Shown in pieces: positions 16,798 through 25,684 of a stretch of 32,000 nucleotides of DNA (positions within the stretch are counted from its first letter, which is position 1; every line of letters starts with the position of its first letter). Both the position numbers and the translations under genes were made by a program. The DNA is from Halomicrobium mukohataei DSM 12286 (GTDB lineage Archaea; Halobacteriota; Halobacteria; Halobacteriales; Haloarculaceae): positions 1,170,001 through 1,202,000 of the forward strand of contig NC_013202.1 in NCBI RefSeq assembly GCF_000023965.1, in the 5' to 3' direction. Below the pieces are notes generated by a model. The model worked only from the letters and a program-made list of their open reading frames with translations. It did not search any database and was not told the DNA's origin.

Positions 16798-18057
16798 ATG
16801 TTCGATCGAATCAGTGAGCTGTCGAATAAGTCGCTGTCGAACGGTGAGACTCCGTCGGCCGACGAACTCGATGGTGGGCCGCTGGCGTCGCTGCTGGGAG
16901 AGGGGGAGACACTGCAACACGTCGTCGCCGGGAACGGTGGGCTCGATCACACGACCAACGGACGCTCGACGTCGATCGAGCCAAGCGGCGGCCACACGGC
17001 GTACATGGTGGTCACGGACCGTCGCGTCTACTTCGTGCTCGGCGACGACCCGGAGACGGCCGAGGTAACCTTCCCCCACGCGGAGATCACGAGTGCGGAG
17101 TTCAACAGCGGACTCCTCAACGCGACGATACTGGTCAAGATCGCCGACGGCTCCGTCCGGTTCACGCCCAAAGACGCCGATCAGGGGGCGACGGTCACCG
17201 ACTACATCGAACGGATGGCCACCGCCTGGGGGGAGTTCGACGCCGCTCTGACGGACGCACGGAACACGATCGAGGAGATCGAACAGCGACTCGCCAGCGG
17301 CGAGGAGACCTCGCGGCTCGTCCAGGGTGCCAGATCCTACATCTCGAACGCCCACCACGCCGCCACCCACGACGACGACGCGCCCACGGAGCGCATGACC
17401 GAGCTGATCGAACCCGTCGAGAACCGACTCGACCAGCTCTGTGTGGCCATCGACACCGAGCAAATCGAGTCGCTGCTGGCCGAGGCCCGCCAGGCCAAGG
17501 TCGAGGGCGACCACGAGACGGCTTTCGGAACGCTCGCTCGCGCTCACTCGACGATCGCCGACGGGCGCAAGGCCGTCACCGACGGCGGGGTCCTCGACGC
17601 GATCAACGAACTGGGATCGACCTACGACGAGCTCGTACAGATGACCTTCGAGGACGCGACGGCGGCCTGCCACCGCGGGCAGTCGACGGACGATCCCGCG
17701 GACGCGGTCGACGCCTGGCGGGAGGCACGCCAGCGCTACCGGGCCGCGCTCTCTGCGGACTGGGACGGCGAGGCGAGCGTCAGCGCCAAGGCCCTCGAAT
17801 TCCAGCTTGCGTGGGTGACCCAGCGCCTGATCGACGCCCACATCGACTACGGCGACGCGCTCGAAGCCGAGGGCGACGAGATCGACGACAGCGACGAGGC
17901 GACCGACCGCTACGAACGAGCCAAACGACAGCTCACCCGCGCACGAGAGCTCGCGAGCCAGCACACGTACGCGACCGCGCCGGTCTCGACGGAGCGACTC
18001 GACGGCATCGAAGAGAAGATCGAGCTCGGAGCGTGGCAGTGGGGCGGGACCGAGTAG
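16798..18057 (+). CDS. PH-domain (bacterial/archaeal PH, YokE-like) protein with a long alpha-helical C-terminal region
   Basis: The N-terminal about 140 aa (GETLQHVVAG...AYMVVTDRRVYFVLG...ITSAEFNSGLLNATILV) resemble a bPH fold. The rest is helical and acidic. ATG at 16798 follows an AT-rich spacer. Confidence 0.6.
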   Translation: MFDRISELSNKSLSNGETPSADELDGGPLASLLGEGETLQHVVAGNGGLDHTTNGRSTSIEPSGGHTAYMVVTDRRVYFVLGDDPETAEVTFPHAEITSAEFNSGLLNATILVKIADGSVRFTPKDADQGATVTDYIERMATAWGEFDAALTDARNTIEEIEQRLASGEETSRLVQGARSYISNAHHAATHDDDAPTERMTELIEPVENRLDQLCVAIDTEQIESLLAEARQAKVEGDHETAFGTLARAHSTIADGRKAVTDGGVLDAINELGSTYDELVQMTFEDATAACHRGQSTDDPADAVDAWREARQRYRAALSADWDGEASVSAKALEFQLAWVTQRLIDAHIDYGDALEAEGDEIDDSDEATDRYERAKRQLTRARELASQHTYATAPVSTERLDGIEEKIELGAWQWGGTE

Positions 18058-18083
18058 CCCATCGTTGTCGGTACAATATCCCG

Positions 18084-19084
18084 AACGCTCTTGTGAAGCA
18101 CGTTGTTGATTTTCAGAGTGCGGCGTTGAGAGCATGTTTGAGTGCTTCGTCACCTGGTTTTCTGTAGAGTTCACGGCGGAGTTCGAAGGCTCTGAGATAC
18201 GGCGTTAGCTTGTCTTTCGAGACGCCTCGATGGGGGCGAGAGCCACCGTCGCGTCAGCGACGCGTGGCTCTCGCAGCCGTTGACGTGTACTTCGCCATCA
18301 GCGTATTCACCGTCGCTGTGGACGACGTATTTGCGGGTGAATGAGTCGTCGTCTTCTAGTGGGTCGTAGGCCCGAAATCCGTCCGTATAGACGGTCAGTG
18401 ACTCCTCTTCGTGGTCAGCAAGCAGGAGTCGAACGGTCGATTCGTCAGCGGATTTCGCTGGCACGACGTACCGCTCGTCCGAACCACGATCGACGAGCGT
18501 GAACACCGGCGGTTTGTCGCCGTCGTACGATCCCCGTCCACGCGTGGACAGGCCACGCGAGCGCGACTCCTGGTCACGCTCGCGGCCTTTGAGACCAGCA
18601 GAGACGTACACTTCGTCGATTTCGACCGGTCCAGACAGCGTAATCGAAGGCGCGTCGAGAGTTCTGGCGAACTGCTCGACGTGCCGTCTCACCGTCCGGT
18701 AGGAACAATCAAGCTCTGCCTCGATTTGCCGAATACTCGTGTTGAACCGTAAGAACACGTAGATCGTGAAGTACCATTCTTTGAGCTTCAGCTTCGAGTG
18801 AGCGAAGATCGTGTCGGTCTTGTCGTTGAACGTGCGACCGCAATTCTTACACAGATACCGTTGATACACCCGGTAGCTGCCGTTTCTGACCGTCAGGTCA
18901 GAACGGCAGCGGGGGCACTCGACGCCATCACGCCAGCGAACCTGTTCCAGCAGGTCCGCTGCAGCCGATTCCGACACGAACCGGCTTATTGGGAACATAT
19001 CGGGCACCGCTAGCGCGGTGCCCTTGCCCTCTTCGACTTTCAGCTCCAGCCATCGCTATCAACAATCTCCTTCGCAAGAGCGTT
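18084..19084 (-). mobile_element. IS1595-family insertion sequence (ISH4-like size, about 1.0 kb)
   Basis: Imperfect terminal inverted repeats: AACGCTCTTGTGAAGCACGTTGTTGAT (left) versus the reverse complement of the right end, AACGCTCTTGCGAAGGAGATTGTTGAT. It encloses a transposase gene. I found no matching target-site duplication. Confidence 0.85.
18113..19007 (-). pseudogene. IS1595-family transposase, interrupted by a 1-nt frameshift in a C5 run
   Basis: N-terminal zinc ribbon (CPRCRS...CKNCGRTF) and a DDE core. The ORF-track reading ends ...RRWLSPPSRRLERQ.... Removing one C of the run at 18232-18236 restores ...WLSPHRGVSKDKLTPYLRAFELRRELYRKPGDEALKHALNAAL*, ending at 18113. Confidence 0.8.
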
Positions 19085-20327
19085 GAGCTCTTTTTCCCGG
19101 TTTTCAGAACACTTCACCGCGGAGCTGAAATGCTTGGAAATACGGTGTACGCTCGTGTGAAGCACGTTGTTGGTAAATCAGAGGACGGTTCGAACGATTT
19201 CTTTGAGCGCTTCTTCACCGGGTTTGCGTAGGATTCGTCAGCGAAGTTGGAATACTCTGAGATACGGCGTCAGTTTGTCTTTGGAGACTCCTCGCAGGTA
19301 TTCACGTGTGCGTCTCCATCCACGTATTCACCCTCGCTGTGAATGACCGCTTCTCGCTGGTAGTGCTCGTCGTCTTCGAGTGGATCGTACGCTCGAAATC
19401 CATCAGTATAGCTGGTTAGCGACTCTTCCTCGCAGTCGCCGAGGAGGAGTCGCACGGTCGATTCGTCAGCGGATTTCGCCGAGACAACGTAGCGCTCACC
19501 CCTGCCACGATCGACCAACGTGAACACCGGTGGTTTGTCACCATCGTACGATCCTCGTCCACGCGTGGACAGACCACGCGAGCGCGACTCTTGATCGTGC
19601 TCGTGGCCCTTCAGCCCCGCAGTCACGTAGACTTCGCCGATTTCGGCCGGGCCAACGAGGCTGATGGCTGGCGCGTCGAGCGTTCTGGCGAACTGCTCGA
19701 CGCGCCGCCATAGTGACCGATACGAAACGGGGAGTTCAGCGTCCAACTGGTGGATACTCGTGTTGAACCGAAGAAACGAGTAGAACGCGAACAAGAGCTT
19801 GTCGGGAGCTTGTCCTCAGCGTATGTTCCACGTCCGCTCGTGAACAGGTCGCACTCGTGGCCCTTGAGACCCACTTTCATGTAGAACTCGTCGGTCTTAA
19901 CGGGGCTTTCGAGGTATGGTTGAGGCAAGCGCGTTCAGCGCTTGCAGGAAGCGCTGACACGCCGGTGGACCGTCTTGTAAGAAACGTCAATTTCTGCGTC
20001 TAGCTGCCTGAGACTCGTGTTCAAGCAGATGTGGATGTAGACGGCGAGAACTCACTTTCTGAGCGCGACCGTATAGTATTCGAAGATTGTGCCAGTCTGA
20101 TCGTTGAATGTGCGGTCGCAATTATCCCATAGAAGCTCTGAAACACTCGATAACTGCCGTACCGAATCACAGATCGGCACAGTAGCGTGGGAAATAGGCC
20201 GTCGCGCCGAGACGAACGCCTTGATTGGCATCATCGTTTGTCGGGTGATACGGTCACGTCACCCTTGCCTGCTGTGACTTCCAGTTACTGGTGAGAACTG
20301 ACCAACAATCTTCTACCCAAGAGCGTC
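19085..20327 (-). mobile_element. Mosaic of degraded IS1595-family copies (at least two)
   Basis: Components:
- 19085-19148: C-terminal remnant (TPYFQAFQLRGEVF*KPG).
- About 19149: a second left IR (ACGCTCGTGTGAAGCACGTTGTTGG).
- 19270-19794: truncated transposase core.
- 19800-20234: a more diverged copy with stops (NTSLRQLDAEIDVSYKTV..., CDRTFNDQTGTIF).
- About 20303-20327: right IR (reverse complement ACGCTCTTGGGTAGAAGATTGTTGGT). Confidence 0.75.
19270..19794 (-). pseudogene. IS1595-family transposase fragment lacking the zinc-ribbon N-terminus, with a C-terminal deletion and frameshift
   Basis: 174 aa, closely similar to residues about 80-250 of the 18171-19007 ORF (FLRFNTSI.Q..AEL..SYR...R.VEQFARTLDAP...GLKG.E.DQESRSRGLSTRGRGSYDGDKPPVFTLVDRG). 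It ends abnormally after VNTCE. The downstream frame has an internal stop (QLR*RILRKPG). Confidence 0.8.
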
Positions 20328-20463
20328 CAATCATTGTCCTATAGTGTATTGGAATTCAATATTAAACACTCAACACCACCTAGTTAATTCTTCTATATTA
20401 CTTATACTAAATTATTTGAAGAATAGTTCGAATAGGCGTTAAATATATTCTCCCGGAAATACA

Positions 20464-20628
20464 ATGTACGCTATGAATAGTGAGAAGATACTTATTATCG
20501 TGGGTCTGGGCTTCTTTGTCGTAGGGTTGGCTTCGCTCTACGAACCAAAACTCGACATGGCTCTCTCAATGGGATATTTTGTGCTTTCGTTCTATGCCTT
20601 TTTCAAATACGTTAGATACAATAGGTGA
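20464..20628 (+). CDS. Possible small membrane peptide (54 aa) inside an AT-rich island
   Basis: MYAMNSEKILIIVGLGFFVVGLASLYEPKLDMALSMGYFVLSFYAFFKYVRYNR has two hydrophobic helices. Its codon usage is AT-rich, unlike the rest of the window. No homology recognised. Confidence 0.3.
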   Translation: MYAMNSEKILIIVGLGFFVVGLASLYEPKLDMALSMGYFVLSFYAFFKYVRYNR

Positions 20629-20879
20629 ATTGAGTGTGTGAATGAAATGTATAGAAACTCTCAATAGAATACATTTGACTGTCGTTTTGTTGTTGGTGAA
20701 GATGCTGGGTGCTTCTTGAATTGCTGTCTCTCGATCGCCGTTACGTGTGCGTCGATGCGTGGCGTGGATGAGACGGCCCTCACCGAAGGCTCGAATCACA
20801 GTCCTGTCCTCCCGCCCGTCTGATCGTCGACTGTATCGAGCCACGGGTGTTTTTGTTGGACCCAACCGTTCGGTCGTCA

Positions 20880-21458
20880 ATGACGGTCCGCGAGGTCGCC
20901 GCGGAGGCCTACCGGGAGACGCTCCCGGTGCTGGTGTTGAGTGCGATCGGCGGCCTGTTCGCCGGGCTCGTCCTGGTGGGGATGGAGGCAGAGCTCGCGG
21001 CCGTTCCCGGCCTGCTGGTCCTGGTGCCGGCGCTGCTCGCGACGCGGGGCAACGTCTACGGTTCGCTGGGCGCGCGGCTCGGCTCTGCGCTCCACCAGGG
21101 TGTCATCGAACCCACGCTCGACTTTGGCGACGAGCGGCTCAACGCCGCCATCGCCGCGGCACTGGCGAACGGCATTCTCGTCAGCGGGTTCGCGGCCGTG
21201 CTGGCTGTGGTCGTGCTCCGCGTGCTGGGTAGCGAGTCGGCCGGCCTCGCGACGCTCGTCGCGATCGCGCTGATCGCCGGCCTGCTCTCCGGGCTCTTGC
21301 TGACAGTGGCCGTCGTCACGGTCGTCGTCGTCGGCTACCGTCGCGGGCTCGACCCGGACACGCTCGCCGGGCCGGTGGTGACGACGACGGGCGACGTGGT
21401 CGGCATCGCGACGATGCTGGTGGCCGCTCGGATCGTGCTCGCCGTCGGGGGTGGCTGA
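20880..21458 (+). CDS. MgtE-like divalent cation transporter, membrane domain only (half-size)
   Basis: ATG at 20880. PALLATRGNVYGSLGARLGSALHQG and PVVTTTGDVVG motifs match the MgtE/SLC41 TM domain. No N-terminal or CBS domains. Confidence 0.78.
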   Translation: MTVREVAAEAYRETLPVLVLSAIGGLFAGLVLVGMEAELAAVPGLLVLVPALLATRGNVYGSLGARLGSALHQGVIEPTLDFGDERLNAAIAAALANGILVSGFAAVLAVVVLRVLGSESAGLATLVAIALIAGLLSGLLLTVAVVTVVVVGYRRGLDPDTLAGPVVTTTGDVVGIATMLVAARIVLAVGGG

Positions 21459-21459
21459 G

Positions 21460-22026
21460 ATGGTCGAGGGGTCGGCCGAGTGGTCGGTGTCCGGCATCGT
21501 GCGGACGATGCTCCCGCTGCTGTGCGTGTTGACCGCGATCGAACTGGTCAGCGGACTCGTCCTGGAGTCCTTCGAGGCGACGCTGCTGGCCGCGCCGTCG
21601 CTACTCCTGCTCGTCCCGGTGACCATCGGGATGGGCGGGAACCTCGGCAGCGTGCTCGCCGCGCGGCTCTCGACGGCGTTTCACCTCGGCCTGCTCTCTT
21701 TTTCGCCGACGGACGACCGCCTCGCGGGCAACGCCGTCGCGACGATCGGGCTCTCGCTGACGGTCTTTCCGCTGGTCGGTGCCGGCGCGTGGGGGCTGAC
21801 CGCCGTCGTCGGCGAGACGGGGCTCACACTGGCCACCGTGGTCCTGATCGCGCTCCTGAGCGGCCTCGTACTGTCGGTGCTTGCCGTCGTCGTCACCGTC
21901 GTCACGACCTACGCGGCCTACCGCTATCGGCTGGACCCGGACGACGTGGTCGTGCCCGTCGTCACCAACGTCTGTGACGTGCTGGGCGTGCTGGTGCTGT
22001 TCGGCGTCTACCGGGTCGTGGCGTGA
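21460..22026 (+). CDS. MgtE-like divalent cation transporter, membrane domain only (second paralog)
   Basis: PVTIGMGGNLGSVLAARLSTAFHLG and PVVTNVCDVLG motifs. It starts 2 nt after the upstream stop at the ATG, or overlaps that gene if the GTG at 21451 is used. Confidence 0.78.
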   Translation: MVEGSAEWSVSGIVRTMLPLLCVLTAIELVSGLVLESFEATLLAAPSLLLLVPVTIGMGGNLGSVLAARLSTAFHLGLLSFSPTDDRLAGNAVATIGLSLTVFPLVGAGAWGLTAVVGETGLTLATVVLIALLSGLVLSVLAVVVTVVTTYAAYRYRLDPDDVVVPVVTNVCDVLGVLVLFGVYRVVA

Positions 22027-22073
22027 TCGGCCGGGACTGACGCGCCTTTGCTCGTCAGGTCCTCAGCACCGCC

Positions 22074-23123
22074 GTGCAGTCACACGTCGCCCTCCAGTCG
22101 GTCGGGCCGGTCGTCGATCTGCTCTGGGGGACGGTGCTCCCGCGGGTGGGAACCATCGCCGTCACGCTGGCGCTGGGCGTGTTCCTCGCCGACCTCGCCG
22201 TCGCCTTCGGGATCGTCGAGTACATCGCGACGCTCTCGAAGTACCTCACCGAACCGGCGAATCTCCCTCGCGAGGTCGGGACGGCGATCCTGGCGACGAC
22301 GGCCTCGCCGACCGCGGGCTACGGGATGCTCGCGGAGTTTCGCGAGTCGGGCGTACTCGACGACCGCGCGACGCTGGTGGCCGTCACCATCAACACGTTC
22401 TTCGGGTTCGCCCAGCACATCTTCACCTTCTACGCGCCCGTCCTGATCCCGATTCTGGGGCTCCGAGTGGGACTGCTGTACGTCGGCGCTCGCGCGGCCA
22501 TCTCGCTGGCGATCACGCTCGTTGGCATTCTCGCAGGCGCACTCTTGCTCTCGAATCGCAACGTCGACCGCAGCCGGATGCCCGAGGTGGCGGACCCGAC
22601 CGAGGAGCACGGCACCGCTCGCGAGAAGCTCCGGGACGCGGCGGCGTCGACCGCCGAGAAGCTCCGGGACATCCTGCCGCGCCTGCTGGTCATCTACGCG
22701 ATCGTTGCGGTGCTGGTCGCGTGGCGCGAGATCCCCGCACTGGTGACGCTCGTGGCGGTGCTGAGCGAGTCGAGCGCTGGGGGTATCGTCCCGTCGCTCT
22801 CCGAAAGTGTCGGCACGTTCACAAGCGCCGTCGGGCTGCCAAGCGCCGCCGTCGGCGTCGTCGCGGTCTACACCATCGACACCACCAACGGCTCGATCGT
22901 CCTCGCGCCGTTCGTCGAGAACGGGACCTTCACCCCTCGTCAGGCCGTCGCGACGATGCTCGTCGGCGGGATCGTCTCCTTCGCCGTCTCGACGTTCAAG
23001 CGCTCGATCCCGTTCCAGTACGGCATCTGGGGCGCGGAGTTCGGTTCGAAAGTGATCGCCGTCAACACGACGCTGAAGATCGTGTTCATCGCACTCGCGG
23101 TGGTCCTGTTGCTCGTCCCCTAG
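22074..23123 (+). CDS. Nucleoside-recognition (Gate) domain membrane protein
   Basis: 349 aa polytopic protein with two Gate-like halves (ILATTASPTAGYGMLAE..., TMLVGGIVSF...) separated by a charged loop. The GTG start from the ORF track is uncertain. Confidence 0.65.
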   Translation: MQSHVALQSVGPVVDLLWGTVLPRVGTIAVTLALGVFLADLAVAFGIVEYIATLSKYLTEPANLPREVGTAILATTASPTAGYGMLAEFRESGVLDDRATLVAVTINTFFGFAQHIFTFYAPVLIPILGLRVGLLYVGARAAISLAITLVGILAGALLLSNRNVDRSRMPEVADPTEEHGTAREKLRDAAASTAEKLRDILPRLLVIYAIVAVLVAWREIPALVTLVAVLSESSAGGIVPSLSESVGTFTSAVGLPSAAVGVVAVYTIDTTNGSIVLAPFVENGTFTPRQAVATMLVGGIVSFAVSTFKRSIPFQYGIWGAEFGSKVIAVNTTLKIVFIALAVVLLLVP

Positions 23124-23533
23124 ACGAGCGGCCCCAGTCCGCCCCGATCGACGAACCGATCGGTCCCGTACCGGACGAGCGCCTCGGCGAGGCCGGGCAC
23201 CAGTGCGAACCCCAGCAGCAGCGGCCAGACGACGAGGTACGAACTGAGCGGATGGAGGTGGGTCCCGTAGGCCCACTGGTGCACCGTCTTGCCCAGCAGC
23301 CAGAGCGTCGCGGCCGCCGGTGTGACCAGCGACAGTCGGACGAGCAGGTACAGCGGGACGGCACCGATCAGGAAGAGGCCGACGAGGGCGTAACCGACGC
23401 CGAAGGCGGTCGCGGCCACGTCGTCGGTCGCCCAGTACACGCCGTTCGCGCGCAGCCACGCGAACACGACGGCCGCGTAGACGATACCACCGACGGCGGC
23501 GATGACGCGAGGGTCGCGGAGCCTGGAGGGCAT
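23120..23533 (-). CDS. Membrane protein, function unknown (137 aa)
   Basis: Four hydrophobic segments. Convergent with the previous gene, and the two stop codons overlap in a CTAG. Confidence 0.5.
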   Translation of the reverse strand: MPSRLRDPRVIAAVGGIVYAAVVFAWLRANGVYWATDDVAATAFGVGYALVGLFLIGAVPLYLLVRLSLVTPAAATLWLLGKTVHQWAYGTHLHPLSSYLVVWPLLLGFALVPGLAEALVRYGTDRFVDRGGLGPLV

Positions 23534-23613
23534 CGTCCGTCACTGCAGCCCCCTCGCACATCAATCTCGTCCCGACGCTAGAGCTTTGGGTCTCCCCGGC
23601 CACCGGCCATACG

Positions 23614-24519
23614 ATGGACCGTCGGCGCTCACTGCTCGTCGCCCTGGTGGCCCTGGCCGCCCTCGCCGGCTGTCTCTCGGGCGGGCCACAGACGCCAGCC
23701 GCGCCCGGCGACGCCGTCCCGGCAGGGAGCGACACCGTCAACGCCACGGTCACCCGCGTCGTCGACGGCGACACCGTCGAGATCCGATACGACGACGGGA
23801 CGTTCGACACCGTCCGGCTGCTCGGGATCGACACCCCCGAGACCCGCGGCGGGACGAACCCCGCGGAGTTCGAGGGCGTCCCCGACACCGCGGCCGGCCG
23901 GGCCTGTCTCGAACGGGCCGCCGGCAACGCGACCCGCGCCCTCGAAGCCCTCGTCGGCGGCGAGCCGGTCGTCGTCGCTGTCGACCCGCAAGCCGACCGA
24001 CGGGATCGCTACGATCGACTGCTGGCTCACCTCGTCGTCGACGGCGTCGACGCCAACGAACGGCTCGTCGAGCGGGGCCACGCGCGGGTCTACGACAGCG
24101 CGTTCTCGCGCTCGGACCGGTTCTACGAGCACGAACGGGCCGCGCGGGACGCCGGCCGCGGCGTCTGGGCCTGTGTGGACCCCGCCACGCCGACTGGCGG
24201 CGTCGGCCTCCGGGTCGTCGCCGACGCCCCGGGCGACGACCGCGAGAACCCCAACGGCGAGTACGTCGTCGTCTCGAACTCCGGGGGCGACCCGCTCGCG
24301 ATCGGCAACTGGACGGTCACCGACGAGGCCGGCCACAGGTACACCTTCCCGCCGGGCGCGACGGTGCCCGCGAACGGTTCGGTCCGACTCTACTCCGGTT
24401 CGGGGACCGACACCGCCACCGAGTTCTACCGCGGGAACGGCCCGATCTGGAACAACGACGGCGACACCGCCACCCTGCGCGCCGCGAACGGCACGGTCGT
24501 CGCCGCGGCGTCGTACTGA
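23614..24519 (+). CDS. Secreted thermonuclease (staphylococcal nuclease, SNase) fused to a lamin-tail domain; lipoprotein
   Basis: Signal peptide with lipobox (LAALAGC). SNase core (VVDGDTVEI...VRLLGIDTPE...DRYDRLLAHL...ERLVERGHARV). C-terminal LTD (ENPNGEYVVVSNSGGDPLAIGNWTVTDEAGHRYTFP...NNDGDTATL). Confidence 0.85.
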   Translation: MDRRRSLLVALVALAALAGCLSGGPQTPAAPGDAVPAGSDTVNATVTRVVDGDTVEIRYDDGTFDTVRLLGIDTPETRGGTNPAEFEGVPDTAAGRACLERAAGNATRALEALVGGEPVVVAVDPQADRRDRYDRLLAHLVVDGVDANERLVERGHARVYDSAFSRSDRFYEHERAARDAGRGVWACVDPATPTGGVGLRVVADAPGDDRENPNGEYVVVSNSGGDPLAIGNWTVTDEAGHRYTFPPGATVPANGSVRLYSGSGTDTATEFYRGNGPIWNNDGDTATLRAANGTVVAAASY

Positions 24520-24580
24520 CCGTCCGCGCGCTTCGCGGGCCGCGCGACACCCACAAACCGATCCAGTCCCAAGCGCAGGT

Positions 24581-25684
24581 ATGCGCCGGCCGGACTGGCT
24601 CCCGACGCGGCCGCTCCCCAGACTCGAACCTGGCCCGCGAGTCCTCGACTGGAGCCTCGCGGCCGCGGTCGCCCTCATTCTCGCGACGGGTGTCTACAGC
24701 CTCGTCGCGGGCCGGCCCGGACAGGCGTGGGTGTTCGATCTCCACGCGATCGGCGGGCTCGCGCTCGTGGTCCTCCTGGTCTTCAAGCTCCGCAGAGTCG
24801 CGCCACGGGTCACGCCCGATCGGCTCACCGCTCCCAGAGTGCTCTCGCTATCCCTCGCATTCGTCACCGCGGCGGCGCTCGCGACGGGGCTGTGGTGGGT
24901 GCTTGGCGGTTCCGTCTCGATCGGCCCGTGGGGGCTGTTGAACCTCCACGTCGGCGTCGGGCTGGTCGTCCCGGTCGTCCTCCTCTTGCACCTGCGCCAT
25001 CGGTTTCACGACCCACGGAACGTGCCGAGCCGCGACCGCCGCACAGCACTGCGGTACGCCGGCATCGCCGGCATCGCGGCCCTGACCTGGCGGAGCCAGC
25101 GAGTGCTCAACGACGCCCTCGATACGGCCGGCGCGGACCGGCGGTTCACCGGCTCTCGCGAGGTCGGGACGGACGAGGGCAACGCCTTCCCGCCGACGAG
25201 CTGGATGGCCGACGACCCCGATCCGATCGACAGCGACGAGTGGGTCCTGTCGGTCACCGGCCGGGTCGCCAGTCCCGCGACGTTCGGCGTCGACGACCTG
25301 GAACTGGACGATCTCGAGGGTGCCGACGAGCGGCGGGCCGTCCTCGACTGCACCAGCGGCTGGTACTCCGAGCACGACTGGCAGGGCGTCGCGGTCGCGG
25401 ACCTGTTGGCGGCGGTCGAACCGGACGACGCCGCCCGGTGGGTCCAGTTTCGCTCCGTGACGGGCTATCGCTGGTCGCTCCCCATCTCGGAGGCCGAGGA
25501 CGCACTGCTGGCGACCCACGTCGACGGCGACCGCCTCACACACGGTCACGGCGCGCCGATGCGACTGGTCGCGCCGGCACGACGCGGCCTCCAGTGGGTC
25601 AAGTGGGTCGACGAGGTCCGGCTCTCTCGCCGCCGCGAGATCGGCGAGTCGGTCGCGATCTTCGTCAGCGGCTTCGAGGAGTGA
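24581..25684 (+). CDS. Membrane-anchored molybdopterin-dependent oxidoreductase (sulfite-oxidase / YedY-MsrP fold)
   Basis: ATG at 24581. N-terminal TM helices, then a Moco-binding domain (RAVLDCTSGWYSEHDWQGV...FRSVTGYRWS...GHGAPMRLVAPARRGLQWVKWV). Confidence 0.8.
   Translation: MRRPDWLPTRPLPRLEPGPRVLDWSLAAAVALILATGVYSLVAGRPGQAWVFDLHAIGGLALVVLLVFKLRRVAPRVTPDRLTAPRVLSLSLAFVTAAALATGLWWVLGGSVSIGPWGLLNLHVGVGLVVPVVLLLHLRHRFHDPRNVPSRDRRTALRYAGIAGIAALTWRSQRVLNDALDTAGADRRFTGSREVGTDEGNAFPPTSWMADDPDPIDSDEWVLSVTGRVASPATFGVDDLELDDLEGADERRAVLDCTSGWYSEHDWQGVAVADLLAAVEPDDAARWVQFRSVTGYRWSLPISEAEDALLATHVDGDRLTHGHGAPMRLVAPARRGLQWVKWVDEVRLSRRREIGESVAIFVSGFEE

Noticed and set aside
23120-23123. Convergent genes sharing or abutting stop codons (CTAG at 23120-23123; abutting stops at 25682-25687 and 27984-27989).
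   Set aside because: The coordinates are real, but this simply reflects compact genome packing. No additional signal was seen.
22080-23927. Very long antisense or alternative-frame ORFs (e.g. 22080-23927, 615 aa; also 6008-7363, 13704-15068, 16735-18174, 836-1645).
   Set aside because: They are Arg/Pro/Gly/Ser-rich and basic, which fits out-of-frame reading of high-GC DNA where stop codons are rare. Each overlaps a gene with clear family motifs and an acidic haloarchaeal composition.
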